In this document: piece after piece, positions 27,313-36,313 of the stretch
Layout of the letters: each line of letters begins with the position of its first letter
Position numbering within the stretch: position 1 is the stretch's first letter
Made by a program: the position numbers and the translations under genes
Assembly (NCBI GenBank): GCA_001781105.1
Contig: MFKV01000002.1
Location: 1 to 48,770 of the forward strand
Reading direction: 5' to 3'
DNA from: Candidatus Kaiserbacteria bacterium RIFCSPHIGHO2_01_FULL_54_36
GTDB taxonomy: Bacteria > Patescibacteriota > Minisyncoccia > Phycocordibacterales > UBA2100
DNA length: 48,770 bases
The notes under the pieces: model-generated
What the model was told of the DNA's origin: nothing
The model's database searches: none
Seen by the model: the letters and a program-made list of their open reading frames with translations, nothing else

Positions 27313-27367
27313 ATGAGGAGATAAAAGATGCCAGGTACATTTTCCACGATATCGGCGTGCTGTGCAA

Positions 27368-28015
27368 TTACCGGCGGGGTTTCGAGGCGGTGAAGAAAAA
27401 CATGAACGAAAAGTACCCAGGGAAAAAACGGTCGAGCCATGCATAGGAGCCGAACGGCTGGATGTCTAATTCGTGGAAATGCTGCGCGAGAATATTTCGC
27501 AGTTCCGACCGCTTGAAGTGATTGATGTGTGTCGGGTCCCCGAGCGGTGTGAACCGTTTCCGCCCAAGCAACAGTCGCACACGATTGATGAGGCTAAATG
27601 CATTTGGCACTGAGCCGACGAGCTTTCCGTCGTCTTTTAGCACATACGCGATCTTCTGCACGATCTCTGAAGGGAGGTACAAGTGCTCGATGATCTCTGT
27701 TGCAACAACGACATCGAATGCTCCTCCCTGAAGGGGCCACTCGCCGTTCAAATCGAGGTGCATCGTCTCTATGCCGAGAGCCGCATGCGCTTTCTCGAGC
27801 GAGCCCGAGTCGATATCCGCGCCAAGCACGTCATTGCCCGCAACAAAAAACTTGGTAAGCGCGCCATTCCTGCACCCAATATCAAGTACCTTTTTACCCG
27901 TACCCACATGCTCCTTCAAAAATGCTCCCCGCTCATTCGGGAACATTTGTCCGCTGTGCCGATCTTCATCTTTATGATGCGTCTGGTAGATATGTTCGAG
28001 CGAGGAAGTTTCCAT
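27368..28015 (-). CDS. Class I SAM-dependent methyltransferase
   Basis: Motifs VLDIGCRNG, FDVVVATEIIEHL, SVPN, THINHF. Confidence 0.88.
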   Translation of the reverse strand: METSSLEHIYQTHHKDEDRHSGQMFPNERGAFLKEHVGTGKKVLDIGCRNGALTKFFVAGNDVLGADIDSGSLEKAHAALGIETMHLDLNGEWPLQGGAFDVVVATEIIEHLYLPSEIVQKIAYVLKDDGKLVGSVPNAFSLINRVRLLLGRKRFTPLGDPTHINHFKRSELRNILAQHFHELDIQPFGSYAWLDRFFPGYFSFMFFFTASKPRR

Positions 28016-28032
28016 TATCGGGAACTATACTA

Positions 28033-29202
28033 TCAACTCGATTTTTTGACTATTTCGACGTGCTGCGCAATCACCTTCTCCCATGTCTGGCTCATATCGA
28101 GGCTGGCGGCAAACTGGAGGGCTTTCTTGTACTGTTTAGGATCAAGCATGCGCTCCATTGCGTTTTGCAATGAGAGGTCGTCCATCGGGTCGAATTGCAT
28201 ATTGTCTGGAAGTTGAGCTGAAAGGCCGTTGTCGCGGGAGATGAGCGCAGGCTTCCCTTGTGCTAGAGCTTCGAGGATGAAATTCGGATTGAATTCGGTT
28301 AGTGCGGGTGCAAGAGCGACAGATGCGGCATTGATGCACTTGAAGAGTGTTTCCTGATCTACCTTTGGCACTATCTCTATCGTATCGTGGAGAGCTGCTG
28401 CTCGCGCTTTGAGCCCCGCCTCATCAGGGCCTTCGCCAATGAGCACAAGGCGTGCATACGGATACTTGGGTGCCAGACCTCGGAATACTTTCAAAACGCG
28501 CAGGAGATTTTTGTAGGAAACAAATCTGCCAGCAAAAAGGAACGTGAATGTGTCTTTTTCGAGCGACGAGGGAGATTTTGGCGGGAACGGATTTTGTATC
28601 AAGACAATTTTCTCCTGATCTACCCCGTAATAGCGCACATAGATATTTTTGAGCAGATCACATGGGATAACAGTAGTGTCTGCACTGCGTACGACAAAGC
28701 GGACTAAAGGATACAGTATCGGATTATCTTTTTTGAATAATCCTTGCTCGTAGTACGCCCGCAGGGAGATGAATCGCTCTCCTTTTTCAACGACGCGCTC
28801 CCAGAGAGGGTCGCCTCCAATGCGTAACACAAATGGCTTGCGCAACAGCTTTGCAAAAAAAGCCGAGGGAATGCCGGCAGTTGTGAGGTCAAAGGCATAT
28901 ATGATGTCATGTCGGAATGATTCTCGAGCAACTGTGAGGCTGTAGAGAAGCCAGGATATGAGCTTCCCCCATTTCCGGCTGACACGAATGATCCTGTACG
29001 CTTCAGTGGCCGCTGTATGATCGCCGAACGCAACGACGGTTACACTCCATCCCAAACTCGCAAAGTGCTCCGCGATCCTGTGTACATGCGTCGCAGGGCC
29101 TCCGACGTCGGGGAAAAAGATGCCGGTCGTAAGTAGGGTGCGCTTCACCCCATTAGATAAAACATCTCGAGCTTGCACAGTTTCTAGCGTTTTCTTAGCC
29201 AT
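28033..29202 (-). CDS. GT4 glycosyltransferase
   Basis: Motifs TGIFFPDVGGPAT, FAGRFVSYKN, EFNPNFILEA. Confidence 0.9.
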   Translation of the reverse strand: MAKKTLETVQARDVLSNGVKRTLLTTGIFFPDVGGPATHVHRIAEHFASLGWSVTVVAFGDHTAATEAYRIIRVSRKWGKLISWLLYSLTVARESFRHDIIYAFDLTTAGIPSAFFAKLLRKPFVLRIGGDPLWERVVEKGERFISLRAYYEQGLFKKDNPILYPLVRFVVRSADTTVIPCDLLKNIYVRYYGVDQEKIVLIQNPFPPKSPSSLEKDTFTFLFAGRFVSYKNLLRVLKVFRGLAPKYPYARLVLIGEGPDEAGLKARAAALHDTIEIVPKVDQETLFKCINAASVALAPALTEFNPNFILEALAQGKPALISRDNGLSAQLPDNMQFDPMDDLSLQNAMERMLDPKQYKKALQFAASLDMSQTWEKVIAQHVEIVKKSS

Positions 29203-29263
29203 AGATATATCGTTCCAAAATCAAAGGCGCATTATCTAACGGGGTTCATGAGTACTCACTATA

Positions 29264-29300
29264 GCAAAGCGAAACGGGGCGCGCGCATGCGCCCCGTTCC
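29264..29300 (-). terminator. Intrinsic terminator after the small ORF
   Basis: Minus strand AACGGGGCGCA-TGCG-CGCGCCCCGTT then TCGCTTTG, immediately past the stop at 29305. Confidence 0.65.
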
Positions 29301-29304
29301 CGTC

Positions 29305-29487
29305 TCAAATCGGTGGACCCGATCTTTTGGTACTGGCTTCTGCTTCAAGCCACACCTTGCCGATCGCCGACATGGCATTGAACATGATGCACATGGGCAT
29401 CAGATCGAGAAATAACGCGGCTGCTTTCGCATGCGTGACCGCGATCGATTCTTCGCCGTTCTCGAGGGGTTTTTTGTTCATTTCCAT
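29305..29487 (-). CDS. Small hypothetical protein (~60 aa)
   Basis: SD-like GAGAGGAG before ATG GAA ATG. Fills the gap between two GT4 genes and is followed by a hairpin. Confidence 0.5.
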   Translation of the reverse strand: MEMNKKPLENGEESIAVTHAKAAALFLDLMPMCIMFNAMSAIGKVWLEAEASTKRSGPPI

Positions 29488-29537
29488 TCTCCTCTCCACC
29501 TCAAGCAAACACCCGTGCGAATGTTTACGCTAATGAG

Positions 29538-30755
29538 TTATCCCCTCATGTTAAGCAGCGGCAAAAAAACTTTGTTGCGCATGTCATTCGCCACGATACT
29601 CCAATCGTATTTTCCTGCAGCCAAAGCGCGCGCGGTCGCTACGACCGCGCGCACCTTTTCCGGATTCTCCATAATGTCCTTCACTGCGTGCGCTACCTGC
29701 TCAGGTGAATCCACGTCTACGGCCCAACCTGTTACTGGTTTGTCTGGATTGCGCTTTTCATCAAAAAGAAAATCGGCGATACCGCCCTCTTGCGTCCCGA
29801 TCACTGGAAGCCCCGCAGCGAACGCTTCAACAAACGAATTGCCCATTCCCTCTGAGCGCGAGGATCGTATAAATATGTCGGATGCCTGCAAATACTTCGG
29901 AATGTCCGCGCTTTGTATCTCGCCGAGAAATCTCACGCGATCAGCAACTCCGCGCTCGCGCGCGAGCCGCTTGAGCGAGAGATCGTCGGGCCCGATGCCA
30001 GCGACAATGAATTTGACATGCTCTGGGAGCAGCGCGAGCGCTTCTATCACGACATCGATCCCGTTTTTGCGCACCAACCGCGAAGTCGTGATGAGGAATA
30101 CGTCTCCCATCCGCTTACCAAGTTTGTCTTTGATCTCATCGATAACTGCGGGCATTTCCTTGTGCGAGAAGCGCGCCACGTCCACTCCGTTGGGCACTAC
30201 TTCAAGATGTCCTTTGAAATCGCGCCGACGCGCCCATCGGCCGAGGAAGGTAGATATTGCCTGGATCACGTCAGCGCGGGTGAAAGCGCGGGTGAAAAGC
30301 GGCCACAAAGGCACCATCATACGCTCGATTTTCTCGAGGCGATCGCCCTCCTGCAGCGTCAGAAGATACGGCACCGTGGGGCGCAGAAGCTTAAAGATGA
30401 CCGCGGGAATGCCGCTGGAGTGCGCCATCACTGCCCATATCCCATTGTATTGATGTGTTCTGTGCAGTGAGAGCGCCTTCCACGCCGCAAGAAATTGGAA
30501 GAGATGCTTATTGAGCCGCAGCGGATAGCTACTTAGATCTTCAATAGAAGAGTTCGCTCGCGCAAAACCAATGCGATGCACCAGTACATTTCCTACCTGT
30601 TCGATCTTGGGAAGACTCGAGTCAAAACGCAGTGTCACCATGTGGAACTCGATCTCCTGCGGATCGATGCGATCGATGATCTCCTTGATCGCGAGTTCTG
30701 CCCCGCCGACATACTTCGGATAGTACGCAAGAGAAAAAATGAGAATGCGCTTCAT
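29538..30755 (-). CDS. GT4 glycosyltransferase
   Basis: Motifs VGGAE, PNGVD, SRLVRKNG, SEGMGNSFVEA, GGIADF. Confidence 0.92.
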   Translation of the reverse strand: MKRILIFSLAYYPKYVGGAELAIKEIIDRIDPQEIEFHMVTLRFDSSLPKIEQVGNVLVHRIGFARANSSIEDLSSYPLRLNKHLFQFLAAWKALSLHRTHQYNGIWAVMAHSSGIPAVIFKLLRPTVPYLLTLQEGDRLEKIERMMVPLWPLFTRAFTRADVIQAISTFLGRWARRRDFKGHLEVVPNGVDVARFSHKEMPAVIDEIKDKLGKRMGDVFLITTSRLVRKNGIDVVIEALALLPEHVKFIVAGIGPDDLSLKRLARERGVADRVRFLGEIQSADIPKYLQASDIFIRSSRSEGMGNSFVEAFAAGLPVIGTQEGGIADFLFDEKRNPDKPVTGWAVDVDSPEQVAHAVKDIMENPEKVRAVVATARALAAGKYDWSIVANDMRNKVFLPLLNMRG

Positions 30756-30813
30756 GTTTTAAAAGACTCTATACCGACACAGTACACCAATAGTGAAGCT
30801 CGTCGAAGTGCCA

Positions 30814-32322
30814 CTATTTTTCTTCTACGATGTCCCATTCTTTCTTTCCAAACTTGCGAGCAACGACCAAAGAGCCCGCGGCAAGCGTCGCTACACCGAA
30901 GGCACTGAGCCACCACATGTACCCCATACCTCCACTCTCGGCGGGTATCGCAGTAATGGCCGCAGCTGCTTGTGCGGATGGGGTTGCAGACGGAGATGAA
31001 GATGTGTCATCTTCTTGTGAGACATCGTCCTCATCAATATCAATTGGTACTGCCTCAGTCGAGGGCATCGTCTCGCGACGCGTTTCTGCCGATTGGATCG
31101 GCGGCAGCACAATGGTATTCGATTCAGCGGCTGGAATAGTCTCTGTGTTAGAAGGCTCAGGCTCCGCCGCGGGTGATCCATCGGGGTACAGAAGTTCTGC
31201 CGTGGGACTGCTCCAAAAACCCAATGTGGCGTTCGACAGTTTGATAGAAGCTCCGGCAAGCAGTATTGATTGATCCGGGAATACGAAATCGGCTCCCGAT
31301 TGCCTCACGATCCAGTGCGACAGGTCGAGGTCGCGGTTTGCACTGTTGTGAATGAGTATCGATCCATCGCCGAGACTTTCGAGTGTAAGCTTCGGCAGCT
31401 CGGCAGTAATGATGACCTTGTCCGAAGCTGACAAACTTGCATTTTGGACTACCGCAACGACTGCATATCGTCCGGGATACTGAAAGCGATGAGAGACGTT
31501 GCGCCCGCGCAGCGTCGTGCCGTCGCCAAAATTCCATACCAAATCGACGCTATCAACGATCTCCTTTTTTCTCGTATATGCTTTCCCCTCGAACTTCACG
31601 TCGGAGCCCACGATCACAACCCTGTTATCACCCGCATCCACCGTAAGCTGCGGCTCGGGACCGACTGTCTGGGAGACAGTGCCTGACTGTAGAGATGTGT
31701 CGGTGCTCGTTGCTGCGATCGGTTGATCAGGAATTGGGCTTGACGGCGAGCTTCTTGAAAGAATTCCTGCCCCGGGCGAGGGTGTTGCGACGACAAATAT
31801 TTTATCCGTCGCGCTTTGCCGCGTGAGTGAATTCCCATCGCCGGCTGCCCCACTATCTTTTGTATACGAAATGCTCTCGACGATCGTGCCGTCTGCGTCA
31901 GTGATACCGACCGATCCGTCGCTGTTGTTGAAATTGAGAACAGTATCGATGACCGTACCATGTACACCTCTGTGCGCCGCAAGAAATGCTTCCGCATCAT
32001 CCACAATAAGCGCGTAAGATCCAGGCGCCAATATGATAGAGCCGGTACCACCGTTCTTCGGCGGCGCATTGAGCGTGTGGTTCGAACCGTCGCTGATCTT
32101 CCAACCCGTAAGGTCTACCGATGCGTTACCTGCGTTGAAGAGTTCGACGAATTCCTGTCCGGAATCAGAGCCAGACGCATCGTAGAGAAATTCAGAGATA
32201 ACGATTTGTGCTACTGCAAAATTTGGCAACGCGACAACGAGAAATATCGCGAGGAGGGATTTACGCCTCCGAATCTTCTCCCCGAAGAACTCCCTCAAGC
32301 ATCTCAGGAGAAACCTCGCCAT
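30814..32322 (-). CDS. Surface protein with lamin-tail and PKD domains and a C-terminal membrane anchor
   Basis: Signal peptide ending AVA-Q; IVISEFLYD..EFVELFN..VDLTGWKI (LTD); WNFGDG..H.F.YPG.Y (PKD); second DLDLSHW; C-terminal TM segment. Start inferred at 32322 or 32331, not 32529. Confidence 0.85.
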   Translation of the reverse strand: MARFLLRCLREFFGEKIRRRKSLLAIFLVVALPNFAVAQIVISEFLYDASGSDSGQEFVELFNAGNASVDLTGWKISDGSNHTLNAPPKNGGTGSIILAPGSYALIVDDAEAFLAAHRGVHGTVIDTVLNFNNSDGSVGITDADGTIVESISYTKDSGAAGDGNSLTRQSATDKIFVVATPSPGAGILSRSSPSSPIPDQPIAATSTDTSLQSGTVSQTVGPEPQLTVDAGDNRVVIVGSDVKFEGKAYTRKKEIVDSVDLVWNFGDGTTLRGRNVSHRFQYPGRYAVVAVVQNASLSASDKVIITAELPKLTLESLGDGSILIHNSANRDLDLSHWIVRQSGADFVFPDQSILLAGASIKLSNATLGFWSSPTAELLYPDGSPAAEPEPSNTETIPAAESNTIVLPPIQSAETRRETMPSTEAVPIDIDEDDVSQEDDTSSSPSATPSAQAAAAITAIPAESGGMGYMWWLSAFGVATLAAGSLVVARKFGKKEWDIVEEK

Positions 32323-34099
32323 TGCTCCCATTCTGTACAGTATCGCGCGCAATTGCGGGGCGCGGCTGAGGGTTTGGGTGGTGCTGTGGATTCTGCTTGC
32401 CCTCCATAGCCTTGCCGTGCTCATCCGAAGCCTTGTGCGAAGGAGAGGCGAGGGAGGGCTTTGCTTCCTTACGATCCCTAAGGATATCCGCTGGCGAGCG
32501 GACGGGGGTGGAACGACCGTCATTGCCACCGTTTTGCGTGGTGGTAGCCGGAAGCGCTTGTGCTATTGCTGCACGAAGCGCATTGCGCTGTCCTTCTTCG
32601 TGGGCGGCAGGGGGCGGTACAGATGCTGCAACAGACGGATGAGCGCGCGATGGACGTGGCCCCGCCGCGGCGGGGCGCACTGCCACCCCCTCTCCTTGGA
32701 TCGGCTCTCGCCGAGGACGAGGAGTAAATTCGTTGGGACGTGGTCGAGAACCGTATGCGCTGCGCTCCTCTTTTGGTTTTTTGGGCGGTGGCTGGAAATC
32801 GAGTTGTTTTTGGTTGACCGCTGTTTCTATCTCCGCGCGGACTCTTCCATATAGAGAGCGCGAATTGCGTATACAGTCATCGCGATACGAGATCGGAGGG
32901 GTATCAATGGGCGGGATGGTCTCTGCGGAAAAAGGTTTGGATCCCACGCCGTCTATCATGAGCGTCAAATATATCTGCCCGATACCGAGTCCTACCAGAT
33001 CTTCGGGCGTAAATGTCGGCTCAAAAACGGTCTCCAAAACTTCTGCGTCAAATGGCCCCACGCGAAATATGATGAGCGTGCCGACGTTGCCGAAAACGGC
33101 GTCACGCACCTCCTCTTCCATCTGCTCGATATACTGGTTGGCAAGTGTGAGCGCGAGCTTGTATTTGCGCGACTCAGAGAGAATATCGGCAAATGCCTCA
33201 TTCATCATTGATTGAAATTCATCGACGTACAAATAGCAGCGCGGAAGCTTCGCCATGCGCGCGGCAGGCTCGTCCGCGCGCGACATCGCTGCCAGATAGA
33301 TCTTGACGACGAGCATCGAGCCAAGTAGTGATGCGTTGGTCTCGCCCATGCGCCCCTTCGAGAGGTTGACGATGAATATTTTCTTCTTGTCCATTATTTC
33401 ACGGAGGTCAAAAGAGGATCTCCCCTGCCCGACGATATTGCGGATCAGCGGATTTGCCGTGAATTGGCCGATCTTGTTCTGGATCGCAGGAGTCGCTTCG
33501 CGCGTATACGTGTCGGTGAATTGCGCGAATTCCTCCACCCAAAATCCTTTGACGATCGGATCGCTTATTTTCTCGATGACTGCATTGCGGAAGGTCTTGT
33601 TGGTGAGCATGCGGTTCACGTCGAGAAGCGTCGAATCAGGATACTCGAGGAGTGCCAGCAGCGTATTTTGCAAGATGTATTCCATTCTTGCGCTCCACGC
33701 ATCCACCCAGATACGCTTCAGCGCTCCCATCAATCCTGAGACGACCAAGTGGCGCTTGTCGTAGCCCACGTCTTCCATCACATTGAAACCTATCGGGTAG
33801 TCGGTATCGAACGGCGCGAAATAGACGACGTCTTTGATGCGGTCGTGTGGCACGAAATCAAGGAGTTTTTCAGCGGTGGAGCCGTGCGGATCGATGAAGG
33901 CGATACCTTCGCCGTTTTGGATGTCTTGTATCGCCATGTTCTCGAGCATGGTCGATTTGCCCATGCCGGTCTTGCCGATGACATAGATGTGCTTCCCGCG
34001 GTCTATCCCTCGTATGCCGAACATCTCGCGCTTCCCGCGCGTGTGCGTTGCCGCAAAATACGTGATGCGGCGTTCATCGTCCTGGTGGCCAGGATTCAT
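32261..34099 (-). CDS. VirD4/TraD/HerA-like P-loop ATPase (type IV coupling-protein-like) with disordered C-terminal tail
   Basis: Walker A HIYVIGKTGMGKS, FIDPHG, Walker B LYVDEFQ, LSESRKY, ANQY. Confidence 0.9.
   Translation of the reverse strand: MNPGHQDDERRITYFAATHTRGKREMFGIRGIDRGKHIYVIGKTGMGKSTMLENMAIQDIQNGEGIAFIDPHGSTAEKLLDFVPHDRIKDVVYFAPFDTDYPIGFNVMEDVGYDKRHLVVSGLMGALKRIWVDAWSARMEYILQNTLLALLEYPDSTLLDVNRMLTNKTFRNAVIEKISDPIVKGFWVEEFAQFTDTYTREATPAIQNKIGQFTANPLIRNIVGQGRSSFDLREIMDKKKIFIVNLSKGRMGETNASLLGSMLVVKIYLAAMSRADEPAARMAKLPRCYLYVDEFQSMMNEAFADILSESRKYKLALTLANQYIEQMEEEVRDAVFGNVGTLIIFRVGPFDAEVLETVFEPTFTPEDLVGLGIGQIYLTLMIDGVGSKPFSAETIPPIDTPPISYRDDCIRNSRSLYGRVRAEIETAVNQKQLDFQPPPKKPKEERSAYGSRPRPNEFTPRPRREPIQGEGVAVRPAAAGPRPSRAHPSVAASVPPPAAHEEGQRNALRAAIAQALPATTTQNGGNDGRSTPVRSPADILRDRKEAKPSLASPSHKASDEHGKAMEGKQNPQHHPNPQPRPAIARDTVQNGSNGEVSPEMLEGVLRGEDSEA
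32396..32459 (-). repeat. Nested pair of family-A palindromic repeats in frame in the ATPase tail
   Basis: Outer GCCCTCC-CTCGC...AAGGCTAT-GGAGGGC-AAG encloses inner CTCC-TTCGCACAAGGCTTC-GGA. Confidence 0.65.
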
Positions 34100-34113
34100 A
34101 CGGAAAGTATATC

Positions 34114-34154
34114 AAAAAAATGATGCCGTCGGGGTTGCCTTAGTCCCGACGGCA
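34114..34154 (-). terminator. Intrinsic terminator of the ECF sigma gene
   Basis: 10-bp stem TGCCGTCGGG/CCCGACGGCA followed by TCATTTTTTT on the minus strand. Confidence 0.8.
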
Positions 34155-34182
34155 CCAAATGATGAGACCGATAACTGCGTGC

Positions 34183-34683
34183 TTACGCTACCTGCAGCCT
34201 GTCTTCGATATCAGCGCGGGCATAGTGCACCCGCGTTTTTACCGTCGCTACGGGAACGCCGCACTGATTTGCAACTTCAGTGTGAGTGAACCCCAGGCTG
34301 TGGGCGAGTAGCGCATGACGCTTCTCTGGCGTCAACGCATCCACTCGGTCGAGCAATTCAAATAGCTCGACGTGCACTTCTTGAGCAGGACCAACCAGGC
34401 ACCGCCCAATCGCAGCATCGTACTCCTCCCCACCAACATACTTGGAGTTCTTCCGATACGTGGTGATGGTTTGAAGCTTGAGAATACCCATCACCCACGT
34501 GTCGAACGTGCTCTCGCCGTCGAACGCGTCCGAGTTCTTGAGAACGGCAAGCATGGTGTCCTGCACCGCGTCTTCAGCATCTTCGTGTGATGCTCCAAGA
34601 CGCATTGCAAAACGTACTAGCTTGGGACGCATTTCATTGAGAGCTGCTCCGATGTTGGCAAGAGACCCCCTATGGTTCTTCAT
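34183..34683 (-). CDS. ECF-type sigma-70 factor
   Basis: Region 2 DAEDAVQDT...FDTWVMGI; region 4 EVA...GVPVATVKTRVHYAR. SD GAGG. Confidence 0.9.
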   Translation of the reverse strand: MKNHRGSLANIGAALNEMRPKLVRFAMRLGASHEDAEDAVQDTMLAVLKNSDAFDGESTFDTWVMGILKLQTITTYRKNSKYVGGEEYDAAIGRCLVGPAQEVHVELFELLDRVDALTPEKRHALLAHSLGFTHTEVANQCGVPVATVKTRVHYARADIEDRLQVA

Positions 34684-34839
34684 AGTCCATTCCTCAATTG
34701 TGTTGCGGGTTGCCTCAACTCCTGTCCTACTCTACGCAACAGCCCCACGCTACGCATACTCGCAGTATTGGGCCCAAACAGAACACGGGCCGCGCAGAGG
34801 ATAGCACATTCAACATGAAAATTCACTGTGTCTATCCAC

Positions 34840-36087
34840 CTACTCTTTTTTGAGGACCGCACGCAGACTTCGATACTTATTGGCCGCGTCCCAAAACATA
34901 TATGAGTCGAGCCCAGCATCCTCATTGGCCTTGATCTGGGCCGCAACCATTGCGGCTGTGTACGGTACCGGATAGTCGAACGATTGAAGCCACGGGCGCA
35001 TGGCCGAGGCGGGATAGCTTTTCTTTTCGTAAAGCTGGGGCGAGGTCGATGCTATCGGGATCGCATCGAACGAGCGGTTCAGCGTCGTCGTCGAGAGCAC
35101 GCGCGCGACGGCTTGATGCATGGACGCGTAGACTATCTTGTACGGATCCGAGTTGACGTCTTTCAGCCCCGCAAAGCCCGCATTGTAGTGGCTCGGATAC
35201 ACCATCGGGGCTAGGAAGTCAAAATACGGAAGTGCGCGCTCGAGTATCTGCCCGATCCCGAGATCGTCGGTGTGCACGGTGACATATCCGAAGAGATCCG
35301 CCGACGTCACGACGCCCACTTGTCCTGAGCTCGTCGAACGGATCGGTTCCAACTTTTCGTGCAGGTAGCGGAAGAATTCTTCGAGCGCCACCTCCTTCGA
35401 CTTCCCCGCGCTTAGCGAGTAGACGGCCTGCCTCATCGGCCCGTCGGAGGGGTAGCGAATGTAGTCGTAATTGAGCTCATCGAATCCCAGCTCGTACGAT
35501 TCTTTCGAGAGTTCGACAATGTAATCCCAAAAAGGCTTCGCTCCGACGTCGATAAAGGCTAGCCCGCCATAATTTTTCCACACTCCTCCGCCGACCTTCT
35601 GCACGGCAAGCTCAGGATGCGCTTTGGCATACATGGGGTCCTGGAACACGGTGATGCGCGCGATCGCATAGATGCCCATTTCGTGCAGTGAGGCGACGAA
35701 ATCTCTCATGTCCCGCGCACCGCAATCAGCGGAAACGAACGGCTTCAGGATCGGGTTCTCAGTAGGAAACGCGATACCGCCAGAAAAATCCTTGATGTCG
35801 ATGACGATGGCATTGAGCTCCGTGTCTTCGACGAATTTCACGAGCGAATCACGGAATGATTCGGTGCCGACAACGCACTGCGACATGTAGATCGCCTTGA
35901 GCGGCTCCGGGGTGGGCAGGTGCGTCACAATGGGCTTCTGTGGCGCTTCTGGTGTGCTTGTAGAAAAAGGCAGGCCGCGCACGTACGATATTTTGGGCGT
36001 GATCGTCGCGGCTGCCTCAGCCGCTCCGAGTGCAAGCAAGAATCCTATACCAAAAATCAAGACGCTACTCTGCCAGTTGATTTTCAT
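34840..36087 (-). CDS. Putative secreted glycoside hydrolase (DUF4015-like TIM barrel)
   Basis: N-terminal TM/signal segment; motifs LNAIVIDIKD, IARITVFQD, GFDELNYDYIRYPSDG, APMVYPSHY, RPWLQ. Start inferred at MKINWQ. Confidence 0.82.
   Translation of the reverse strand: MKINWQSSVLIFGIGFLLALGAAEAAATITPKISYVRGLPFSTSTPEAPQKPIVTHLPTPEPLKAIYMSQCVVGTESFRDSLVKFVEDTELNAIVIDIKDFSGGIAFPTENPILKPFVSADCGARDMRDFVASLHEMGIYAIARITVFQDPMYAKAHPELAVQKVGGGVWKNYGGLAFIDVGAKPFWDYIVELSKESYELGFDELNYDYIRYPSDGPMRQAVYSLSAGKSKEVALEEFFRYLHEKLEPIRSTSSGQVGVVTSADLFGYVTVHTDDLGIGQILERALPYFDFLAPMVYPSHYNAGFAGLKDVNSDPYKIVYASMHQAVARVLSTTTLNRSFDAIPIASTSPQLYEKKSYPASAMRPWLQSFDYPVPYTAAMVAAQIKANEDAGLDSYMFWDAANKYRSLRAVLKKE
35318..35342 (+). 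repeat. REP-like element (family B) in frame inside the glycoside hydrolase gene, encoding IRSTSSGQV
   Basis: ACTTGTCCTGAGCTCGTCGAACGGA resembles the GTCCTGAGC..GTCGAAGG REP-like motif I recall from other genomes. Only one copy in the window. Confidence 0.5.
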
Positions 36088-36289
36088 GACGCGAGATCTC
36101 ACCAAGCTGCTCATCGCTGACATGATTCTTCTGTGTGCGCCCAATCCTGCGGCGCACGACGATACCAAGACCGATGATGAAAAGTCCTGCAATGAAAAAG
36201 AAAACAGTGTCCCAACTATTTGGAAATCCTAGGTACGGCAACACCGCAACGAATGCGCCGGCTGCCATGAGAAGTGCGTCGATGGTCAT
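36065..36289 (-). CDS. Small two-TM membrane protein
   Basis: MTIDALLMAAGAFVAVLPYLGFPNSWD...; TATACT 6 nt upstream of ATG 36289. Confidence 0.7.
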   Translation of the reverse strand: MTIDALLMAAGAFVAVLPYLGFPNSWDTVFFFIAGLFIIGLGIVVRRRIGRTQKNHVSDEQLGEISRHENQLAE

Positions 36290-36313
36290 GCATATAGTAT
36301 ACACCTCTCTTGC

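Noticed and set aside
32332-32529. Long N-terminal extension of the lamin-tail protein
   Set aside because: It lies inside the ATPase CDS and upstream of the signal peptide.
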